A DNA stretch of 64,000 nucleotides, taken from Eledone cirrhosa (taxonomy: Eukaryota). The position numbers were made by a program, and so were the translations under genes. Shown piece after piece: positions 56,840 through 64,000 of this stretch. Under the pieces are notes generated by a model. That model did no database searches, was not told where the DNA came from, and was given only the letters and a program-made list of their open reading frames with translations. Numbering within the stretch: position 1 is the stretch's first letter; each line of letters opens with the position of its first letter. Location: the NCBI GenBank assembly GCA_964016885.1, contig OZ024740.1, positions 199,764,001-199,828,000 of the forward strand. The letters run 5' to 3'.

Positions 56840-56909
56840 TTAGTTATACTATTTATGGTTATGTAAACACAAAACCTTATGCAGTTATAAGTATTTTACA
56901 CACACCCTA

Positions 56910-57392
56910 AATAAGTAGAAGTGCATCATCGCGGTACAAACCACCGTTGAGGTAAGGGAGGTCCTTATGGATTTCATTGAGGAGGTATAGGCCGACCAAA
57001 TCAGTGACCTGCGCCGAGTCACTAGATCCCATGGTTATGTCGAAATTGTTGTGCGTATCCTTGCGTGTCCATAGTTGGTCCTCGAAGGTGATTATGGTTT
57101 TACGGGCCGCAAGGATGACATCAACCTGGGCTCTAGTCAGGTCGCTATTGCTCATGGCCATGATAAGTGGCTTATTTAATAGGATAGGGGAAATAGAGGT
57201 GTAGTATGAATTGATATCAAATTGAATACATTTTTTTGTTCTTATTATTCTTGATATCCTTGAACCATTCAATCACTTCACCCGTATTTCCCCATTGTTT
57301 AAGGTGTATCTTGTGTTTAATTTGTGGGATGATTTTATCCAAAATCTTCTTGCTGATAATACCAATGTCGGACTTGGAAGGGCAGATAAGTC
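56910..57392 (-). pseudogene. Inverted 5' part of a PLE RT (one frameshift)
   Basis: RLICPSKSDIG..QWGNTGEVIEWF..QFDINSYYTSI..FDITMGSSDSAQVTDLVGLYLL..GLYRDDALLLI. Confidence 0.9.
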
Positions 57393-58797
57393 TTTGTACC
57401 ACGATGATGCACTTCTACTTATAGAATATAAAAAATTTAATATAGAAAGAACTAGAAAACAATTGCATAAGACATTCAAAAACTTTAACCTTAGTATCAC
57501 CATGGACAAAAACACTAAACATGTTAACTTCCTAGACGCCACACTATACCTAGACTCAAAAATATATACACCTTTCCATAAGCCTAACGAGAAACTTATT
57601 TACGTAGATACCAAGTCTAATCACCCTAGATCAATATTAAACTCTATCTCTAAGGGGGTGTCCAATAGAATCTCTAGTCTGTCCTATGACGCAAACATAT
57701 TTAGCAAAAACTCACAATATTACAATCAAGCATTAGCTAGCTCCGGCCATAATATAGAAATTGAGTTCCTACCTAAGAAAACACATAGCTACAACATCAT
57801 CTCGCACAACATGTCCATGAGGAAACCTAATAATAGGAATAGCAACCACAAGTGCAGCAAAGCGGAGGGTGCCACCGGAAGTAACCATTACCATGGAAAC
57901 TGCTGTGGGGCCTTAGGAGGAAGCAACACACCAAATACTAAAAGCAAAAATAGAAGAAGAAATAATACATTTTTCAACCCTCCTTTCAACCTAAATGTCT
58001 CCACCAACATACCTAGGGCTTTCTTCTCACTACTAGATAAAAACTTCCCTCTAGGACACAAGTACCACAACCTCTTAAACAAAAACACCATTAAAATCTC
58101 ATACTCTACGACGCCTAACTTAGCATACCACGTAGCTAGCAGCAATAATAGTAAAATTAGTTCTTACTTCCAACAAACAAAATCACAACGGGATGCAAAC
58201 CCTCTAAATACCACTGTAGCAAGCAACCATAGCAACGGCAGTAACAATAGAAATAACACTAGTATAAGTAATAACACCAGGGTTGTCAACCCGAACGCCC
58301 AAAATCCTATAGCTACCACACAGACTTCCGCACTGCATTATAACCAGCGGACTAACGCACAGGATAATTGTAACTGTAGAGCTAATAGAACCTGCCCTTT
58401 AGATAAAAAATGCCTAACCAAGGATATCATATACTCATGCACCGTCACAACTAGCAACTCTTCAGAAACCTATGTAGGCTCCACTTCTAACTGCTTCAAA
58501 ATCAGATATAATTCGCACATCCACTCGTTCAAAAAGCACAGTCTAGCAAACTCCACCTCACTTTCTAGCTACATACACTATCTAAAATCTAAAAATAAAC
58601 CATACACACTCAAATGGGAAGTGATAGGCAGCGCGACCTCGTACAAACCACCTAATAAATTTTGTAACCTCTGTATACTAGAGACACACAATATTATCTT
58701 CTCCAACAGTAACCTACTTAACAAAAAATCTGAGGTGTTTGCAACTTGCCAGCACCGCTTCAGACATTCCTTCCAAAACTTTAAGCCCAATATATAG
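57393..58797 (+). CDS. PLE RT C-terminus, Cys linker and GIY-YIG endonuclease (Nematis-like architecture); 5'-truncated
   Basis: LYHDDALLLI, VNFLDATL, PFHKPNEKLIYV..SNHP, FFNPPFN, KISYS, CNCRANRTCPLDKKC, IIYSC..TYVGST..FKIRYNSH, CNLCILE, LLNKKSE..CQH. Confidence 0.9.
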
Positions 58798-60235
58798 CAA
58801 TGTCGGACTGGAACCTAACACCACATCTAGCATCAAACACCAGAGACACACCTTATACTACATAGCCAACACTAACTGATCTATTATAACACAAACAACG
58901 ACATCCCTCTGGAACCCTTCGCAGGGAGAATACCCATTTATACCTCTACGTCAGGTGTGACAACATCCACCCACTTGAACGGCACTACACCGCTCTAAGG
59001 GTAATTTGAGCATGAATTGATCGGTTGGATAGTGTTGTGCAGAGGAAACACCTTCCTTAGACAGATGAAAAATGTTTTAATCTAGTAACACTGTTGACCA
59101 GTAGGACCGGGTTGCTGAGCGCAGTGAGTGAATGCATTGCAACAGCCGTGCGGGTTGTACATATATGGATGATCTGACGGTCAGAGAGGGGTCGCGAGGA
59201 CTGCAAATTGACCTCTGGCCGGCCTGGGGATGATTATCTCTCGACATCCAATGTAGCAAGTGATGACCCAGATCTTACCAGAGATCATTGGGTCCTGAAG
59301 CAATCCTGCAATCACCGCGCCTGGTCCTATGAGTAGACTACGACCACAGAGATCATTATTTAGAATCCTCGCTCATCATCTATAATTTCCATTTCACCTT
59401 ACGATGGGTTAATCCACCATAATAATATGATCACCTTCAGCATAACTTAATTAAACTACTCTATAGTTAATACACTTTATGCTTTAAAAATTTCTCTTGG
59501 AGGATGCGCATCACCATAGAAATTAGGGTCTATATTGGGACACATTTTAATAGATAGGTATAGAAACCCCAGAGTTACCTCCCCGCATGCATTAACTCCC
59601 CTTAGCCACACACACACTTCCGGGCGGTATTCAATGGCGTTTCTCGAAACGTAACAGCCTCCTGTATTGAACTAAAGAACACCAGACTACGATCTCTAAC
59701 TGGATTGTCGTGGATTATGTGAAGGGCATATAATCGAAAAATACACTCCCCTGACCATGAAAATGCCGAAGTACATGAAATACTTGACTTCCCTGCGCTG
59801 TGCATCTCCAATACTTTTAACACTTTTAATGCTTGCACTATTTTTAATGCTTATAATATTTCTCCACACACAGACTATATCAATCATATAAAGAATTTGC
59901 CACCAGATCTACCAACCTAACACTCTTGTTTACCTACCTAAGTGCCTCTACCACACATATCTCTCTGCCACACTATATAGACAATACGCACATGCGTGCC
60001 ACACATATAACATTTACACTATATAACCGCTTATCTTCATGTTGTATTTTAACCTGTATTTTGATTTTTGATTGTACCTCTTAATATAAATGTAATCTCG
60101 AAGTGTGTACTGCCACTCTAAATTCTGTAATGAACGTTGACCCACAATGTTTGAATATGTATCAATGTTTGAATATGTATCGGTATGTCTCTCGGCTGAA
60201 AAGGAGGTCATATAACTGTCCATGCATTAATAAAT

Positions 60236-60282
60236 TGCTCCGAAGAATCCAAACCTCGGTTTGGAGGAAACAGCTGTAAGCA
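60236..60282 (+). ncRNA. Type I HHR with a CCGAAGA core (family D)
   Basis: tgct-CCGAAGA-atccaaac.ctcg.gtttggag-GAAA-cagctg-TA-agca. Confidence 0.7.
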
Positions 60283-60320
60283 CAATAATGTTTTGAACAG
60301 TTCTTTGATTCTTATATTTC

Positions 60321-60356
<36 letters not shown>

Positions 60357-60392
60357 ATATTAGTTATGTAATAAACAACATAAGATAATTAT

Positions 60393-60452
60393 TTCATTTG
60401 TCAGTGATTTCTTGAGGCAGATGCTGTGTCTGTCTTCAGTCGTCAGAATGAA
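60393..60452 (-). ncRNA. Degenerate HHR at the presumed 3' end of the minus-strand PLE
   Basis: Reverse complement reads ttcatt-CTGACGA-ctgaagacaga..tctgcctcaa-GAAA-tcactga-CA-aatgaa. The cleavage-triplet U is mutated. Confidence 0.55.
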
Positions 60453-60801
60453 TAAATAACATGGTGTTTTTATTAAATATGGATTTGAAAACAACATTTA
60501 GGAAATATGAAAGTGAGGCTGAAAAAAACGGGCGAAAAGGAAATAGGGGGGAAAAAAATGTATATATAAAACATAAATATCCAGGCCATAATCATACACA
60601 CACTCAACAACGCGCATATACTTAATAGTACGTAGATGTATACTTTCTCACATAAGCGTTTTTGCGTCTAAATATATACGGACAGGAACATATATACATA
60701 CACATATACACAAGATATATATGTACTCAAAAATGTACACACAAATACGGGAAGTACTTTCGAAACAGGAATAACAAAATAAATAAATAAGAACAAAGAA
60801 T

Positions 60802-60843
<42 letters not shown>

Positions 60844-61546
60844 AAAGTAAAAATCAAAATCAAAAACATAATAAAGTCAAAAAGGGGACGTGTTGACACC
60901 AAAAGGTGTGAGTGTGTGGGGGAGGGGGTGAAATAAATTAAAACAACTTAAAAATAAACAAATACACACGATAAACATATACATATATATATATACACAT
61001 ATATATACATATATACACATATACACACACATACACACACATATATATATATATAAACAAACATACATACATATACACACAAATCCACATATACACATAC
61101 AAAAAAAACCTACAATAATATAGCGACCGACAGTCTGGCCGCATTGCCACAGCAACGAAAAAAACTGAACTCAGGAAAAATGTTGTGACATATATATATA
61201 CACGTAAAAATACACACATGAACACACACACCCCTATACATACACATACATATATACATATACACACACATACACGTGCGTCTGTGTCTACATAAACATA
61301 TAGGCAGACAAACTATAAATACACACACGCTCGCTTGTGGGAGTATAAAAGAGGCGTACCAAAAAATGAAAAAAAGGTGATATTTTTCTCCGGAAGACCT
61401 GTCCAGTGCTTCGTATCAGTTAAAATTATATATTGTTGTAGAATAACCGACAAAATAAATATATCTATGCTTATGAATGTGCGTACACATACACACATAG
61501 ATATATACACACATACACATATATACACACACATATATATATAAAC

Positions 61547-61582
<36 letters not shown>

Positions 61583-62119
61583 ATATACACACACACATAT
61601 ATATATATATATATACACACATACACACATACACACGCACATACATATAAATAATAAAAATACGTATATATGTATGTACACATAAGCCTGTCAGCATATG
61701 CGCCCACATACAACCTTATGTGAGTACTTTTAAAAACCTAGTTGGTAAGTAAGGACAAGGGGGAGTAAAACTGAAATAAAATAATAAAAACAATTATTTA
61801 GAACAGGTAAGAGAGAAAAGGGGTTTAAAATGTTGTAGTAGAGAGTGAGTGTTTGTGATGAGATCTGGATAAGGGTATATAGTTAAAAAGTGATATGGGT
61901 AAAGGATGAAGGTGGTGGGTGTGTATAAAGGTATGGTAGACAGTAGGGGGGGGGGGGGGATTATAAGTCAAATGAAAAAAAAAGAAATAAAAATAAAGCA
62001 ATATATAGAAAGAGATGAGAGAGTAAATGTAAATATTGGTAGAAAGTATGTGTTCATAAAGTAATGATATTGGTAGTAAGTGGAAGGCGTGATAAGGTGG
62101 TTGAGTAATCGTTGGTGTG

Positions 62120-64000
62120 TTAATCCAGTTAAAATGTAGATGCGATTTCAGGTGCGGACAACATCTAAAGATGTCGGTCTTAGAGTTGAGACAAGTGGGA
62201 GGGGTTTTCAAGTTTTGGAGAATTCTTAATTTTTCCGTAGTACACAAAGAACATTTCTTTGTGCTCTTTTGGTATTCTCTTGAATGTTCTAAAATAGTCC
62301 AATCAATTGTGTACGGATGTTTTTTGTCTTTAAACTCCCACACTTTATCTGCCAGCGCCGTTGCTGTTCTTTTTTCGGGGTGTTTGAAAGAAGCGACAGG
62401 TACATAGTACCTGGTTTTCAATTTTGTTTGAGTCATGCCAACATATCGTTCACTCCTGGTTGGCTGGTTATTAATCATCAGTGTCAATTTGGCCTCATAC
62501 ACAATAGATTTGGTATTACATTTACCCTGTAATGGGCATTCTTCCGGCTTCCTACAACTGCATCCTGGATTTACTCTAGTATCATTAGAGTTTGTAATTT
62601 TAGTTTTCATTGATGGGCAGCAAGAGTAGCTGATTTTAACTACATTTCTATTAAATATCTTATTATATCTATGATTAGGGGGAAAATGTTTGTCTAGGAG
62701 GTCGAGGAATTTTCTTCCAGTTAGAGAGAAGGGGATGTAAACCATAACAATTTTTCTTTTCCTGTTATTGTGTTTAGTGTTAGAAAGAGGAGTATGTAAA
62801 TATCTAATTTGTTCGGTGAAGCCGCTGTTATTGTGGACCTTATTATAATAAGGGCGGCTTTGTTAAAAATGTCTATAGACAAAGATAAGGTAGAGATCCT
62901 ACGGCTAATATTAGGAATAATATTTTTAAAGACTATAGAGGGATGGCAAGACTCTTTGTGTCTATATCTTAAAATTTCATTAAGTTTATAAGGTTTAAAA
63001 GAGGCGGTAAGTAGGTCAAGATTGATATCAAGAAAGTTATTATTAGTAAGATTCGTATCTATAGTAATTTTAGGGTTTAGGTTAGCAAAGGTATTGATTA
63101 AGTCTTTACAGAATTTATCAAATTTATGGCTGTTGTTGGTATGAGAAACTGCCAAACCGCCCTCTCGGTATAAACCGATATTATTGCAAAGAAATTTCTC
63201 TTTAAGGGTGTGGAGGAGGAATAATCCTACTAAGTCGCACACATGGGCACTATCATATGAGACCATCGCAATATCAAAAGAGTTTTCAGGGCTTCATTTT
63301 TTAACCCAAGTACCTTCATTAGCAAAGATTAGTGTTTTCCTAGCATGAAAGATAACGTCTTCTAATTTAGAAATATTAATGAAAAGTCTAACAAAATGTA
63401 ACGATTCAGTGGTAGAGAGGTAAAAATCAACAATATCAAATTGGGTAAATCTACACTTATTTTTTCCTCGTATATTATTAAACCAAGATATAACAGAGGA
63501 TGAATTTAACCACTGAGATAAGTCAGTCATATTTTTCTTAACATTTTTTTTACTCGCAAGACCAATTTCAGATTTAGCAGAGTTGATTAGTCTACAACTA
63601 GGTCGATTAATAAAGTCTAATTTATCGTGGTCTTTAACAACTTTACGTTTAGCTAGGTTTTCATTCCGGTTATCAATGTTTAAAGTACTAGTTAGGGCTT
63701 TAGCTTCATTATTAATGGTATTGTAAGTATTAATGTTAGCTATTTGGTATTTAGCCGTAATGCTATCTGTTAACAGTTCGTTATACGAGTCATTATTTAC
63801 TTCAAAAAGATTTTTGGTTTTGTCAGAAAAAACTAAAGTATTTGTAGAGTGTTTAAAATTAGAGATGACGTTAAAGAGTTTGGATTGAAAAGTATTGTTG
63901 TACTTACGGTATTTTAACTCACTAGTTAAGTTAGCTTGTCTATTTCGAAGTTGGCCATGTCCTTAACTCTAGGTGGGCATTTGCGAGATTTAACGTCAAA
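62120..64000 (-). pseudogene. Decayed PLE RT + GIY-YIG (Nematis-like), running off the window end
   Basis: Frameshifted ORFs give FSDKTKNLF, RLINSAKSEIG, QWLNSSSVISWF, QFDIVDFY, MVSYDSAHVCDLVGLFLL, GLYREGGL (YRDD lost), NFLDINLDL, CSCRKPEECPLQGKC, IVYEA..YVGMT and CSLCTTEK. Confidence 0.9.

Larger units (their letters stand above)
56910..60320 (+). mobile_element. Penelope-like element with a 5' inversion, ~1.5-kb 3' region and terminal HHR
   Basis: The ORFs above, an HHR at 60236-60282, and termination at (TA)n. Continuity of the 3' region is inferred. Confidence 0.75.

Overview
Very AT-rich eukaryotic DNA, riddled with (TA)n microsatellites. The SINE types suggest an octopod cephalopod (inference). 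I found no convincing host gene, rRNA, tRNA or CRISPR array. The window is almost entirely mobile DNA: (i) four Penelope-like retroelement (PLE) copies or fragments with RT and/or C-terminal GIY-YIG, one with an uninterrupted ORF; (ii) four Helitrons or derivatives plus an orphan Helitron 5' end; (iii) a decayed hAT-like transposase; (iv) an RTE-like LINE fragment; (v) about a dozen SINE copies. The main signal is a non-coding layer. About ten distinct short element families carry type I hammerhead ribozyme (HHR) motifs, including two 311/312-bp tandem arrays (11 complete HHR copies) whose stems covary. Nearly all sit in (TA)n as head-to-head fold-backs in which the inverted arm usually lacks the last ~35-90 nt. 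Two of them can only be assembled as circularly permuted monomers (~590 and ~445 nt). Together this looks like a PLE-mobilised ecosystem of retrozyme-like, circular-RNA-forming elements. Ribozyme activity, expression and novelty cannot be shown from the sequence alone. All coordinates were read by eye and element boundaries are approximate.
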